From an uncultured Candidatus Saccharibacteria bacterium (GTDB lineage Bacteria; Patescibacteriota; Minisyncoccia; UBA6257; 2-01-FULL-56-20), in the NCBI GenBank assembly GCA_964568535.1, contig CAZMPQ010000001.1, positions 6,183 to 70,182 on the forward strand: 64,000 nt of DNA, read 5' to 3'. Below are positions 45,224 through 55,342 of the stretch, in pieces. The stretch's first letter is position 1. Each line of letters opens with the position of its first letter. The notes below the pieces were generated by a model. That model saw only the letters and a program-made list of their open reading frames with translations, made no database searches and was not told where the DNA came from. A program made the translations under genes and the position numbers.

Positions 45224-46228
45224 TTTTCCTCCAACTGCCTTCAATTCCGCGCGGACCATGAGCTTCACCAGGTCTTTGAACTTCGTCTTTGCTTTCCAGC
45301 CAAGCTTCGTCCGTGCTTTGCGCGTATCAGCGACAAGATGCTCAACTTCGGACGGACGGTAGTAGCGCGGGTCTATCGCCACGTACTTTTTCCAATTCTT
45401 GATACCGGCTTCGGCGAACGCGAGCTCCACGAACTCGCGGACCGTGTGCGATTCACCCGTGCCGATAACATAATCGTCCGGTTTCGGTTGCTGGAGCATC
45501 TTCCACATCGCTTCCACATACTCCGGTGCATATCCCCAATCGCGGCGCGCGTTCAGATTTCCTAGATAGAGCTTTTTGTCCAAGCCCGCTTTGATGCGCG
45601 CAACGCCTCGCGCGATTTTCCGCGTCACAAAGGTCTCGCCGCGCCGTTCGGATTCATGATTAAAGAGAATGCCGTTCACGGCATAGATGCCGTACGCTTC
45701 GCGATAGTTCACGGTGGTCCAATAAGAGAACACTTTGGCAACGCCGTAAGGGCTCCGCGGATGGAATGAGGTCGTCTCCGACTGCGGCGGCTTCGCCGAA
45801 CCAAACATCTCTGATGAAGATGCCTGATAGAACCTCACTTTCCGGCCCGTTTCCTCCTCGTAATCCTTCACCGCTTCCAAAACGCGCAGGGTGCCGATAC
45901 CCGTGATGTTCGCGGTGTATTCCGGAATGTCGAAGGACACGCGGACGTGCGACTGCGCGCCGAGATTGTAGATTTCCGTCGGACGAACTTGATGGATGAG
46001 CTTCCGGACCGTGTTCGCGTCTGAAAGGTCGCCGAAGTGCAGGTGAAATCGTGACCCAGCTGCGTGGACGTCGCGGTAGAGATGCTCAATGCGCCCCGTG
46101 TTAAAGGTGGAAGCGCGACGGATGACCCCGTGCACGTCGTATTTTTTCTTCAACAAGAACTCGGCGAGGTAGGAACCATCCTGGCCCGTGATACCGAAGA
46201 TGAGAGCGGTGCGCGAGCGGGGTGTCAT
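45212..46228 (-). CDS. gmd: GDP-mannose 4,6-dehydratase
   Basis: [34 protein letters not shown] and [16 protein letters not shown] motifs. Confidence 0.96.
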   Translation of the reverse strand: MTPRSRTALIFGITGQDGSYLAEFLLKKKYDVHGVIRRASTFNTGRIEHLYRDVHAAGSRFHLHFGDLSDANTVRKLIHQVRPTEIYNLGAQSHVRVSFDIPEYTANITGIGTLRVLEAVKDYEEETGRKVRFYQASSSEMFGSAKPPQSETTSFHPRSPYGVAKVFSYWTTVNYREAYGIYAVNGILFNHESERRGETFVTRKIARGVARIKAGLDKKLYLGNLNARRDWGYAPEYVEAMWKMLQQPKPDDYVIGTGESHTVREFVELAFAEAGIKNWKKYVAIDPRYYRPSEVEHLVADTRKARTKLGWKAKTKFKDLVKLMVRAELKAVGGKLTK

Positions 46229-46230
46229 GC

Positions 46231-46902
46231 TTATTGCTGTGCTTGGCCGGGTAGTTGAACGGGGCCGTTTATGCGTTCGAATTCGTCCAGTCGGCGCAGA
46301 AATTCGTCGGTTGCCGGAGCCACGCGATCATCATCCGGCCAGTTCTCTACTATCTTCTCCTGCATCTCCAGAACCCCTGCCCGGTCGCCGAGCATCCGAT
46401 ACACATCAAAGAGACCGTACAAGAATTGCGGCCGCTTCGGCGCAAGCGCGATGCCGCGAAGATAGTTTTGCTTTGCCGCTTCGAGATATCGGACATCGCC
46501 TGTCCGAACGAACGCGGTCTGATACATCGTCGCGAGCACGAAGATGTTCTGTGTGAAGCTCATGCCGGTCCCCCGGTCCATAATGCTCCGGTAGTTCTCT
46601 TCGGCAAATTGCACGATGGCGGGGAGCACTTCTTTGTTCTTTTCGTTGCTCAAATATGGCGTAATACTACTCACGAGATGCCGCACCAGCTCCTCTTGCC
46701 CAATCGGAGAAGGGATAGCAAGAACGCCCGTGAATACCTCTCGAAAGCTTCCGATGGTCGTCGTTGGAGCGTTCACTGTTCGCATCCCCTTAATGAACTC
46801 CTGCGACTTGCGCATCGGCAGATAACTTCCATAGTACGCCACACCGATGACGGCCACGGAGGCGGCGAGCGCAACGAGGCGTTTTACAGCAGAGCTCATC
46901 AT
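46231..46902 (-). CDS. membrane-anchored helical/TPR-like protein
   Basis: N-terminal TM and a TPR-like A...[13 protein letters not shown] segment. Coupled to the ligase gene by an ATGA overlap. Confidence 0.65.
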   Translation of the reverse strand: MMSSAVKRLVALAASVAVIGVAYYGSYLPMRKSQEFIKGMRTVNAPTTTIGSFREVFTGVLAIPSPIGQEELVRHLVSSITPYLSNEKNKEVLPAIVQFAEENYRSIMDRGTGMSFTQNIFVLATMYQTAFVRTGDVRYLEAAKQNYLRGIALAPKRPQFLYGLFDVYRMLGDRAGVLEMQEKIVENWPDDDRVAPATDEFLRRLDEFERINGPVQLPGQAQQ

Positions 46903-48284
46903 GATATGCGGTGGCGGTCAAAAAGGAATCCGGCGAATGCAAGGAAAAGAAACACGTTTAGGTAGATGGGTAACACATCAAAAAGGATCATCCCCTGTAC
47001 CAGATATGCAGTGGGCAGCGCCGCAAGGAGCGCGGCTTCGGCGGGCGAAAGGTGCCGCTCACCGTTCGGCAGTATGACCGCAGCACCGTCACGTATGCGG
47101 CGATAGAGCGCGTTCGCAAAGACAGCGAACATGGCGATGAACGTTCCGAACCCTACAATGCCGGTCGTCGCGAGGTAGTCAAAAACGATGCTGTGGGCGC
47201 GGTCGAACCAAGTTTCGCCGCCCGACAGCGGATCAAAGTGCCGCGAATCAAAATGTTTGTCGAACGCCATACTAAAATTCTCCGGGCCCCAACCAAATGC
47301 CGGACGCTCCAAGAAGCCGCGCCACGCTGAGCCCCAGGTCCACAAGCGCGTTTGCGCCGACTGTGCCGAGAAGGTTGTTGTGAGAAGCCGCCCAGCGGGA
47401 AGCGCCGAGATATCGTCCCGACCGGCGAAAAGTTGATGCACAATAAGGATGAGTAGGACCAGTCCCGCAATGCCGCCGAATATCCTGTTCCGCCACCGAC
47501 GGTCCAGAAGCGCATATACGATAAGGAACACAAATATGGCGGCGAGCAGTCCCAAAAACGCTCCGCGTGTCTGGCTCATAATAAAGAACACGAAAAAGAA
47601 CGCGGCGAGCGTGCCGTAGATCGCATGTCGATTGCGCTGCTTCGGCTCGGTGAGCCACAGCCATCCGACATAGAAAAGTGTGAAGAGGAGATAGGGAGCT
47701 ACGAATGCGGGGTTTCCCAGCGAGCCCTGGAACCGGCTGGATGAGAATATCGTTTTTAACACGTTCCCTGCGTTCGGATCGCTCGGAGCGTACGGTCCCA
47801 CAAATCCGGGCACAAGCGCGGCGGCGAGCAGACCATACGCAATCATGAGCACAGCAGCCACAATGGACGCGCGGAGCGCCAAACGCCAGTCCGACCATCG
47901 GTCAAAGAGCACAGACAACAGTACAAAGAACAGATAGTAATGCAGCATTTGGAACCCGCCTTCGCCGCGTTCGTAGTTTGACCAGAACGCGCCATATGGG
48001 TCGTATGCGAACACGGTCGCGAGCAGGTACGCGAGCACGAACGCCGACACCGCAATGAAGAGCGGACGGCGCGACACAGCCCGCAGCCGCTCGCCGAGCT
48101 CTCCATCCTTTGCCTCGAACGCCCACCAGAGAAGCAGGAACACCAAGCCCAGCTCGGTCATCACGCGGAAGAAGTAGTACTTCCCGCCGATGAATGGGAA
48201 GAATGTCGTGCTCATCACAACCACTACGCTGAAGAGTGCGGCGGCGGTGAAGAACTTCGCGAGGTGACGGAGCGTGATGACCAT
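46899..48284 (-). CDS. O-antigen ligase family protein (Wzy_C; possible O-oligosaccharyltransferase)
   Basis: GSLGNP, QTRGAFLG, R...W......ERP.FGWG.ENF and DRAHS..FD...TTG..G motifs. Confidence 0.85.
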   Translation of the reverse strand: MVITLRHLAKFFTAAALFSVVVVMSTTFFPFIGGKYYFFRVMTELGLVFLLLWWAFEAKDGELGERLRAVSRRPLFIAVSAFVLAYLLATVFAYDPYGAFWSNYERGEGGFQMLHYYLFFVLLSVLFDRWSDWRLALRASIVAAVLMIAYGLLAAALVPGFVGPYAPSDPNAGNVLKTIFSSSRFQGSLGNPAFVAPYLLFTLFYVGWLWLTEPKQRNRHAIYGTLAAFFFVFFIMSQTRGAFLGLLAAIFVFLIVYALLDRRWRNRIFGGIAGLVLLILIVHQLFAGRDDISALPAGRLLTTTFSAQSAQTRLWTWGSAWRGFLERPAFGWGPENFSMAFDKHFDSRHFDPLSGGETWFDRAHSIVFDYLATTGIVGFGTFIAMFAVFANALYRRIRDGAAVILPNGERHLSPAEAALLAALPTAYLVQGMILFDVLPIYLNVFLFLAFAGFLFDRHRIS

Positions 48285-48304
48285 AGGGGTGCTTCTATTG
48301 TACC

Positions 48305-49831
48305 TTATCGGGCCACTTCCACCGCGCGCATTTCACGGATGACCACCACCCGTATCTCGCCCGGATATTTGAGCTCCGATTGCACGCGGTTCGCCACTTC
48401 GCGGGCAAGCTCCAGCGCACGGAAGTCGTCCACCTTTTCCGGCGTGACAAAGATGCGCAGTTCACGCCCAGCCGAGATGGCGTACGCCTGTTTCACACCC
48501 GGAAAATCCATCGCGATCTTCTCCAGGTCCGCAAGCCGCTTGATGTAGTGCTCCAGCGTGTCGCGCCGCGCACCTGGCCGGGCGGCGGAGAGCACGTCCG
48601 CCGCGGTTACGATGTGCGCTTCGGCGTTCCCGTACGGATAGTCCTCGTGGTGCGATTGCATCGCCGTGATAACGGCCTCGTCCACGTTGTATTTTTTGAG
48701 AATCTTCATCCCGAGATCCACATGCGTTCCCTCCACATCGTGGTCGATGGCTTTGCCGATGTCGTGGAGGAGCGCTCCCTTTTTGGCCACCTCAACGTTC
48801 AATCCGAGCTCGCCCGCCATCGCGGCAGCAATGTAGGCCATCTCCATGGAGTGCGTGAGGACGTTCTGGCCATAGCTCGTACGGAAGTGGAGCCGCCCCA
48901 AAAGCTGCAAGAGCTCCTTTGGCAGGTCGTACACGCCAACCTCCATCGCGGCGGCTTCTCCGATCTCCAGGATGCGTTTCTGCAACTCCTGTTTCGCCTC
49001 CTCAACCTTCTCTTCTATCTTCGCCGGCTGGATCCGCCCGTCCTTGATGAGCTTCTGGAGCGCGATCCGCGCAGTCTCGCGACGATACGGGTCAAAGGAC
49101 GAAATGATGATGGTGTCCGGCGCTTCGTCAACGATGAGCTCCACGCCAGTTGCGCGTTCCAATGCGCGAATATTCCTTCCCTCGCGGCCGATGATCTTGC
49201 CTTTCAGGTCGTCGTCGCCACCCAGCGGGAACGCGCTCGTCGTGAGCTCCGAAACGTGCGAGCGAGCGTACCGCTGTAACGCGACGGTGATGATGCCGAG
49301 CGCGCGCTTTTCCACCTCGTCAACTTTTTCTTTCTCAAATTTCTGCAGGACCTGCGCAAGCTCCTGTTCATGCATCCGCTGCATGGTGTGCACGAGCTCC
49401 TCTTTCGCCGCCTGCACGGAGAGTCCTGCGACTTGCTCCAGCTTCCGGCTCATTTCCTCTTCGCCGGATGCAAGGCGCGTTTCGCGAGCTTTCAACTCCT
49501 CTGCTTTCTGCTTGAGCTTCGCATCATCCGCGTCCATCGCTGCGCGACGCTTATCAAGCGTCTCTTCGCGTTGGAGCAGCCGCTCCTCTAAAGCGGTTAT
49601 CTTCGATTTCCGTTCGCGCTCATCGTTCTGCGCGTCGAGCAAAAGCGCCGCCGCTTTTTCCTTCGCGTCGGCAGTTATCTTCTTCGCCTCCGCTTCTGCG
49701 GCGTCCTGGCGAACTTTTATCTGCTGCTCAGCGGACTGCGAATCGCGGAGTGCCTGCGCCCGCCGGATGAGATATCCAGCGATGCAACCAACCACAAGCG
49801 CGCCAGCTCCTACAAGGAGTGTTGTCGTCAT
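48305..49831 (-). CDS. rny: ribonuclease Y
   Basis: TM and coiled coil, KH motif KGKIIGREGRNIR, HD motif LLHDIGKA, and SAARPGAR. Confidence 0.96.
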   Translation of the reverse strand: MTTTLLVGAGALVVGCIAGYLIRRAQALRDSQSAEQQIKVRQDAAEAEAKKITADAKEKAAALLLDAQNDERERKSKITALEERLLQREETLDKRRAAMDADDAKLKQKAEELKARETRLASGEEEMSRKLEQVAGLSVQAAKEELVHTMQRMHEQELAQVLQKFEKEKVDEVEKRALGIITVALQRYARSHVSELTTSAFPLGGDDDLKGKIIGREGRNIRALERATGVELIVDEAPDTIIISSFDPYRRETARIALQKLIKDGRIQPAKIEEKVEEAKQELQKRILEIGEAAAMEVGVYDLPKELLQLLGRLHFRTSYGQNVLTHSMEMAYIAAAMAGELGLNVEVAKKGALLHDIGKAIDHDVEGTHVDLGMKILKKYNVDEAVITAMQSHHEDYPYGNAEAHIVTAADVLSAARPGARRDTLEHYIKRLADLEKIAMDFPGVKQAYAISAGRELRIFVTPEKVDDFRALELAREVANRVQSELKYPGEIRVVVIREMRAVEVAR

Positions 49832-49945
49832 GAGTAAGGAAGATCCCCCGATCCGTTCTCAGGTATATGGCTGATGTCATAGTTCCGAACACGTGAACAA
49901 AGGGACCCCAATGGGTGAATGACTCTTTGGTAATATCGTAGGTTC

Positions 49946-50035
49946 AGTATATCTCCCGCCGCGACGTTCGTCAATCGTCCAAAGCCGAAAATCCCCCCTC
50001 CGAACGTTCACGAACGCCCCCGGATGGCGTACAAT
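49946..50035. promoter_or_regulatory. divergent promoters: rny TTGACG-17-TATACT (minus) and gpmI TTCACG-17-TACAAT (plus)
   Basis: Both hexamer pairs with 17-bp spacers read directly from the sequence. Confidence 0.65.
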
Positions 50036-50044
50036 GGTCACTGT

Positions 50045-51583
50045 ATGACCAAGCGACCCGTTGTGCTCATCATCTTCGATGGTTTCGGCATCGGCGCGCA
50101 GAACGAATCGAATCCCGTCCATGTCGCGAACCCCCAGAACCTGAAGTGGCTCGGGGAAAATTATCCACTCACGTCGCTCCAGGCCTCCGGCATCTCCGTG
50201 GGACTCCCGTGGGGCGAGGTCGGGAACAGCGAAGTGGGACACCTGACCCTTGGCGCCGGTAAAGTGGTCTACCAATACTATCCCAAGATCACGATGGCCA
50301 TTGAGGATGGGAGCTTCTATCAGAACGAGGTCTTGAAGGCTGCGTGCGACCATGCGAAAAAGAACAACGGCTCCGTGAACTTCGCTGGCCTGCTTTCTAA
50401 GGCGAACGTGCACGCATCGCTCCAACACCTCCAGAAGCTCGTCCAGATGGCGGAGCAAGAGGGCGTCCCGCGCGTGAAGCTCCACATCTTCTGCGACGGC
50501 AAAGACAGTCCGCCGCACACGGTCTTTGAATTTCTAAAGCAGATACCGATGGACAAGGTGGCAAGCATCATGGGGCGGCACTACGGCATGAATCGCAGCG
50601 ACCATTGGGAACTGACGGAACGCGCCTACCAGTGCATGACCGGCCAGCTCGGCGACATCACGACCGATCCTGTGCCGCTCATCCAAGAGATGTATCCGAA
50701 GAACCTGTCCGAAGAGTTCCTGCCGCCGCACCGCATGGGCGACGGCACAGGCGTCACGGACGGCGACGCGCTCGTGTTCTTCAACTTTCGTGAAGACAGC
50801 ATCCTGCAGATCGCTGAATCTTTCGCTATGCCCGGCTTCGATAAGTTCAAGACGCTGCCATTCCAGAACCTTTATGTCGCGACCTTCACACGGTACAGCG
50901 AAAAACTCGCGTGTCCGGTCGCCTTTCCCGCGGACACGGTCGAAAAGCCGCTTGGGCAGGTCCTCGCGGAGAACGGATTCACGCAGCTGCGGCTCGCGGA
51001 ATCCTACAAGCATGCGCATGTCACTTTTTTCTTCAACGGCCATCGCGAGGAGCCCTTCCCCGCCGAGTACCGCGTGCTCATCCCCTCCCTCCCCACGACG
51101 CATCCCGAAGAACATCCGGAGCTCATGGCGGGGCCCATCACCGACCGGCTTTTGGAGGCCATTCAGAACCGCGGTTTTGATTTCATGCTCGTGAACTATT
51201 CAAATTCCGACACCATCGCGCACACCGGCAATTACGACGCGTGTCTCACCGCCGTGAAGGTTCTGGACGAACAGCTCGGCCGCATCCTCAAGGTAGTCCT
51301 CGCCACCGATACCATCCTCATCCTTACGTCCGACCATGGGAACATGGAAGAGGTCATTAGCCCCGTGACCGGTGAATTCGAGACCCAGCATGACGCGAAT
51401 CCCGTGCCATTCTATATGGTCGCGAAAGAGTTCAAGGGGCGGAAGTTCTTCAATTATTCGAACCTTCTGCACGAAACGACCGGTGTCCTTGCGGATGTCG
51501 CACCAACCATTCTCGAGCTCCTTGGCATCCCGAAACCTCCGGAAATGGGCGGCCGGAGCCTACTCAAGGACCTGCTCCCCTAG
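50045..51583 (+). CDS. gpmI: 2,3-bisphosphoglycerate-independent phosphoglycerate mutase
   Basis: VGLPWGEVGNSEVGH, FNFRED, HVTFFFNG, AHTG and SDHGN motifs. Confidence 0.95.
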   Translation: MTKRPVVLIIFDGFGIGAQNESNPVHVANPQNLKWLGENYPLTSLQASGISVGLPWGEVGNSEVGHLTLGAGKVVYQYYPKITMAIEDGSFYQNEVLKAACDHAKKNNGSVNFAGLLSKANVHASLQHLQKLVQMAEQEGVPRVKLHIFCDGKDSPPHTVFEFLKQIPMDKVASIMGRHYGMNRSDHWELTERAYQCMTGQLGDITTDPVPLIQEMYPKNLSEEFLPPHRMGDGTGVTDGDALVFFNFREDSILQIAESFAMPGFDKFKTLPFQNLYVATFTRYSEKLACPVAFPADTVEKPLGQVLAENGFTQLRLAESYKHAHVTFFFNGHREEPFPAEYRVLIPSLPTTHPEEHPELMAGPITDRLLEAIQNRGFDFMLVNYSNSDTIAHTGNYDACLTAVKVLDEQLGRILKVVLATDTILILTSDHGNMEEVISPVTGEFETQHDANPVPFYMVAKEFKGRKFFNYSNLLHETTGVLADVAPTILELLGIPKPPEMGGRSLLKDLLP

Positions 51584-51632
51584 TCAGGGCAATTGCAACA
51601 CCCTCATATATACCGACATACCGAAGGTACCT

Positions 51633-51989
51633 ATGCGACTTCTTGCACGGCTCATCGTCACGGTCATCGGGAACAGCGTCGCGCTCTTTGCCGCGGAGCG
51701 CTTCGTGCCGGGATTTTCAGTCGTCACAGAACCGCTCTGGGATCTGCTCGCGCTCGCGCTTGTGCTTACCGCGCTCAACATCTTTGTGAAACCGGTCTTG
51801 AAGCTCCTCATCGGGCCCATCATCGTGCTCACGCTCGGCCTCGCGCTCATCGCGGTGAATGCCCTCGTGCTTGCGTTGCTTGACTTTCTCTCGGGAGACC
51901 TTACCATTCAGAATATCCAGGCATTGTTCTTCGCATCGCTCATCGTCGGCGCGGTGAACACGCTTTTCCATCTTGCTCGCAAGTCCTGA
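51633..51989 (+). CDS. YvlD/DUF360 (phage holin 4-2 family) membrane protein
   Basis: LNIFVKPVLKLLIGPIIVLTLGL..IAVNA signature. Confidence 0.85.
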   Translation: MRLLARLIVTVIGNSVALFAAERFVPGFSVVTEPLWDLLALALVLTALNIFVKPVLKLLIGPIIVLTLGLALIAVNALVLALLDFLSGDLTIQNIQALFFASLIVGAVNTLFHLARKS

Positions 51990-51996
51990 GATCGCC

Positions 51997-52215
51997 ATGC
52001 AAAACTACCTCCCCATCATTCAGATCATCGTATCGGTCCTCATCGTCGGGCTTATTCTCCTTCAGGAACGCTCCGCAGGGCTTTCAGGCCTCATGGGCGG
52101 CGAGGGTGGCGGATTCTATCAGACCCGGCGCGGCCTTGAGCGGGTCATCTTCATCGCCACCATTTGCCTCATCGTGGTCTTTGTCGCGCTCGCGGTCCTG
52201 CAACTCGTGATCTGA
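51997..52215 (+). CDS. secG: preprotein translocase subunit SecG
   Basis: ILLQERSAGLSGLMGG...TRRGLE, two TM helices. Confidence 0.9.
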   Translation: MQNYLPIIQIIVSVLIVGLILLQERSAGLSGLMGGEGGGFYQTRRGLERVIFIATICLIVVFVALAVLQLVI

Positions 52216-52232
52216 ACTTTCCGGTCAACGTG

Positions 52233-53858
52233 ATGATCGTCAAACGCATCATCGCCGTCCTCACGCGCGCAGAGCGCAATATTTTCATCGCCGCCCTTGT
52301 GGCTGCTGGCGCTTCGGCGGCAGCGCTCGGCATCTTCACCTTTCAGGCGCTCACGCTCCCCGTTCCCGCTCGCGGCGGCACGTTCACGGAAGGCGTCGTC
52401 GGCCAGCCGACGTATGTGAATCCCATTCTTGCCGAGAATCCTGCCGACAAAGCGCTCGCGCGGCTACTTTTTGCGAACCTTCCCGTCCTCGTCGAAAAAA
52501 TGGCCCCGGACGAGACCGGACGCGTGTGGAACGTGCGGCTCAAGGAGAACGTGCGCTGGTCGGATGGCAGAAAGATAACCTCCGACGACCTGCTTTTTAC
52601 GATCGGCGCCATCCAGGACCCGGATACCGCTTCGCCCCTTTTCGTGAGTTGGCAAGGCATCGCCGGCCAGCGGCTTTCCGAACTGGAGATACAACTCACG
52701 CTTGGCGGTCCGTATCCGTTCTTCCGCCGGACATTGGAGATGCTTTCGCCCGTGCCGAAACACATCTTCGCGGACACGCCCGGCAAGAACTGGCGCCTGT
52801 CCGATTACAACCTCGCGCCAATCGGCAGCGGCCCGTATGCGTTCATGTCCTATGAACGGCGTGCGGACGGATTCATCGAGACCTACTCCGTCACGCGCAA
52901 TGCGACCTATGCAGGCAATGTTCCGTTCATAGATACCATCCTCTTCCGTTTCTTCACGCAAGAGGACGACCTCCTCCGCGCGTTCAACGGCGGGCGAATA
53001 GACGGGTTCGGCAAGTTGGATCCGGCTCTCCTATCAAAACTTTCGCGCAGCTACACAGTGACGCCATTCTCGCTCGCCGGCTATTATGCGGTGTTCATCA
53101 ACCAAGGAGAGCATCCTGCGCTGAAGGAAGTTGCGGTGCGGCGCGCGCTTGCATCCGCCATCCGCCGCGACGAGCTTGTAACGGGCGCGCTTGGCGGATA
53201 TGGCCGCGCGGTACTCGGACCGACCGAAGTTGCACCGGCAGGAGACCCTCCGGCGCCGGCCGATGCCCCAGATATCACGCTCGCCGCGGCCGGCTGGAAT
53301 CCGGGAGCGGACGGTGTCCGCGAAAAAAGTATCAGTGGGCAGACCGTGCGGCTTGCCTTTGAGCTCGTCGTACCGGATGTGCCATTCCTCGTACAAGCGG
53401 CGAACGAGCTTGCCGAGATGTGGCGACCGCTTGGCGTCGCATTGACCGTTCGGGCGCTGAATTCCCAAGACATCGCCGCCGCGCTCAGGAATCGACAGTA
53501 TCAGACCATCCTCTTCGGCAATTTCTTGGACCCCGCCGACGACCTCCATCCGTTCTGGCATTCCGATGAACGATTTTCGCCGGGACTGAACCTTGCGCTC
53601 TGGAACAGTTCGCGCGGCGATACGCTTTTAGAACAGGTACGGCGGGAGCTGAACGATGGGAAGCGTACGGAACTGCTCGCCGAACTTGAAGCGCTCATCC
53701 GGCGCGATATGCCGGCGCTCTTCCTCTTCGCTCCTGATTATCTCTATGTGACGAGCCGCAACGTGCGCGGCGTGAATGGCGAACGGGTCGCCGACCCTGC
53801 CGGGCGGTTCGCCCGTGTTGCCGACTGGTACCTCCACATGACCCGCGCGTTCCGCTAG
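52233..53858 (+). CDS. peptide/nickel ABC transporter substrate-binding protein (family 5)
   Basis: GGTFTEGVVG, RWSDGRKITSDDLLFT, PIGSGPY and FWHS motifs. Confidence 0.88.
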   Translation: MIVKRIIAVLTRAERNIFIAALVAAGASAAALGIFTFQALTLPVPARGGTFTEGVVGQPTYVNPILAENPADKALARLLFANLPVLVEKMAPDETGRVWNVRLKENVRWSDGRKITSDDLLFTIGAIQDPDTASPLFVSWQGIAGQRLSELEIQLTLGGPYPFFRRTLEMLSPVPKHIFADTPGKNWRLSDYNLAPIGSGPYAFMSYERRADGFIETYSVTRNATYAGNVPFIDTILFRFFTQEDDLLRAFNGGRIDGFGKLDPALLSKLSRSYTVTPFSLAGYYAVFINQGEHPALKEVAVRRALASAIRRDELVTGALGGYGRAVLGPTEVAPAGDPPAPADAPDITLAAAGWNPGADGVREKSISGQTVRLAFELVVPDVPFLVQAANELAEMWRPLGVALTVRALNSQDIAAALRNRQYQTILFGNFLDPADDLHPFWHSDERFSPGLNLALWNSSRGDTLLEQVRRELNDGKRTELLAELEALIRRDMPALFLFAPDYLYVTSRNVRGVNGERVADPAGRFARVADWYLHMTRAFR

Positions 53859-53901
53859 GACGCCACCCCGGATTACACACGCCGATTTTCAAGGTACACT
53901 T

Positions 53902-54909
53902 ATGAGCGTGGAGCCATATCTCAAACATATTGAACGATTCAATGAACAGCTCACGCGCCGCGGCCTTGTGAGCGTCGGCTTGGACGGCCTGAGGCGCCGC
54001 GCGTCGGACACGGTCATTTTAGCAGGCATGGGCGGCTCGGCATTGCCGGGCGAGATCGTGAACGCCGTTGCGGAAGAACTCGGCCTGCGGCACACGGTCA
54101 TCATCTGGAAAGAATATGGACTTCCCCGCGTGTCGCACCACCACCGTTCGCCCCTCTACATCTTCACTTCATTCTCAGGCAACACCGAAGAAACGCTTTC
54201 GGGGCTCCGCGAGTTCTTAAAGACGTCACGCGCACGGTCTGGAGCACGCGCGGCGGTCATCACGACCGGCGGCGAACTCTTGCGCATCGCGAAGGCGAAC
54301 CGCATCCCTTACATCACATTCCCCGCCGGGGACTTGACACCGCGCCAGGCATCGGGTAAGATGTTCTATGCCATCAGTGAACTCCTCTTCGCCGCCCGGC
54401 TCATCGCCCGGAGGCCTCCGGAATTCACTCACCTTCGACCTCTGCTATGGAAACGGCGTGGCTACGAACTCGCCCGCCGCTTGAATCGAAAGCTCATTGT
54501 TATCTACACCGGAACCGCCGACCACTATTTGGGTTATTTCTGGAAGATCAAGTTCAATGAGTCCGCGAAAGTGCCGGCGTTCAACAACGTTATCCCCGAA
54601 ATGAACCACAATGAGCTCGTCGGGTTCACCAGGCCGAACTCGCCTGCTGCGGCGCTTCTCCTTGAACATCCGAACGCCCATGTACGAGTAAAGAAGCGGT
54701 TCCGCGTTTCCGCTCGACTGCTCTCCCGTCAAGGGGTCACGGCGCTCCTCATGCCCTTCGTCGGGAAAAGCAAGCTTGAAGAGACCTGGAACACTATTAT
54801 GTTCGCTGACTGGACCACCTACGCGCTCGCGAAATTGCGGCGAGTCGACCCTCGGGAGACCGAGATCATCGATGGACCGCAGGGGCTCAAAGCTGCGATG
54901 CGGAAGTAG
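53902..54909 (+). CDS. bifunctional phosphoglucose/phosphomannose isomerase (SIS domain)
   Basis: GMGGSA, SFSGNTEET, TTGGEL, NESAK and PEMNHNE motifs. Confidence 0.9.
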   Translation: MSVEPYLKHIERFNEQLTRRGLVSVGLDGLRRRASDTVILAGMGGSALPGEIVNAVAEELGLRHTVIIWKEYGLPRVSHHHRSPLYIFTSFSGNTEETLSGLREFLKTSRARSGARAAVITTGGELLRIAKANRIPYITFPAGDLTPRQASGKMFYAISELLFAARLIARRPPEFTHLRPLLWKRRGYELARRLNRKLIVIYTGTADHYLGYFWKIKFNESAKVPAFNNVIPEMNHNELVGFTRPNSPAAALLLEHPNAHVRVKKRFRVSARLLSRQGVTALLMPFVGKSKLEETWNTIMFADWTTYALAKLRRVDPRETEIIDGPQGLKAAMRK

Positions 54910-54959
54910 GTCTGGTTCGCACGGAGTGAATATATCGGGTATCGTTCATACGGCAATTC

Positions 54960-55041
54960 GGGGATGTGGCGGAACTGGCATACGCGTACGCTTCAGGAGC
55001 GTATGGAGCAATCCTTGAGGGTTCAAATCCCTCCATCCCCA
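54960..55041 (+). tRNA. tRNA-Leu (anticodon CAG), CCA not encoded
   Basis: Acceptor stem GGGGATG/CATCCCC, anticodon arm TACGC-TTCAGGA-GCGTA, long variable arm, T-loop GTTCAAATC. Confidence 0.95.
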
Positions 55042-55251
55042 CGAGCAGTAAATAAAAAGTCGTTATTGCCACACACCACAACACAAGAGAAATTTGTCGC
55101 TCGGGATTTGAACGGGAAAGGGGTCGGGGAAACGGGAGTTTCCCCGTGGAGGAAAACAGCCCCGCCAAATGGCGGGGCGCTAGAAACCGAGAGGTGTCTA
55201 GGGAGCGAATGAAATGAGCGACGTTCAAATCCCTCCATCCCCACGAGCAGT
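55021..55251. repeat. 29-bp direct repeat of the tRNA 3' end (55021-55049 and 55223-55251) flanking a structured non-coding insert
   Basis: GTTCAAATCCCTCCATCCCCACGAGCAGT occurs twice, with three hairpins in between. Confidence 0.88.
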
Positions 55252-55342
55252 CATAAACTCTCAATAATCATTCATCAAATCTAACGTCGAGCGTTTTCCC
55301 TCTCGCCAGATCGCGAACAGGCGAAACGCAACAATTCATCAC

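Noticed and set aside
49832-50030. 6S RNA upstream of rny
   Set aside because: The region is explained by two divergent promoters and is too short for a confident 6S rod. Not supportable without a covariance search.
51633-51989. Holin-family gene as evidence of a prophage
   Set aside because: YvlD/DUF360 proteins are common chromosomal genes. The neighbours are housekeeping genes and no phage genes are present.
55021-55251. attL/attR of a genomic island or prophage
   Set aside because: Only about 170 bp lie between the repeats and there is no integrase or cargo. Kept as a mini-element finding instead.
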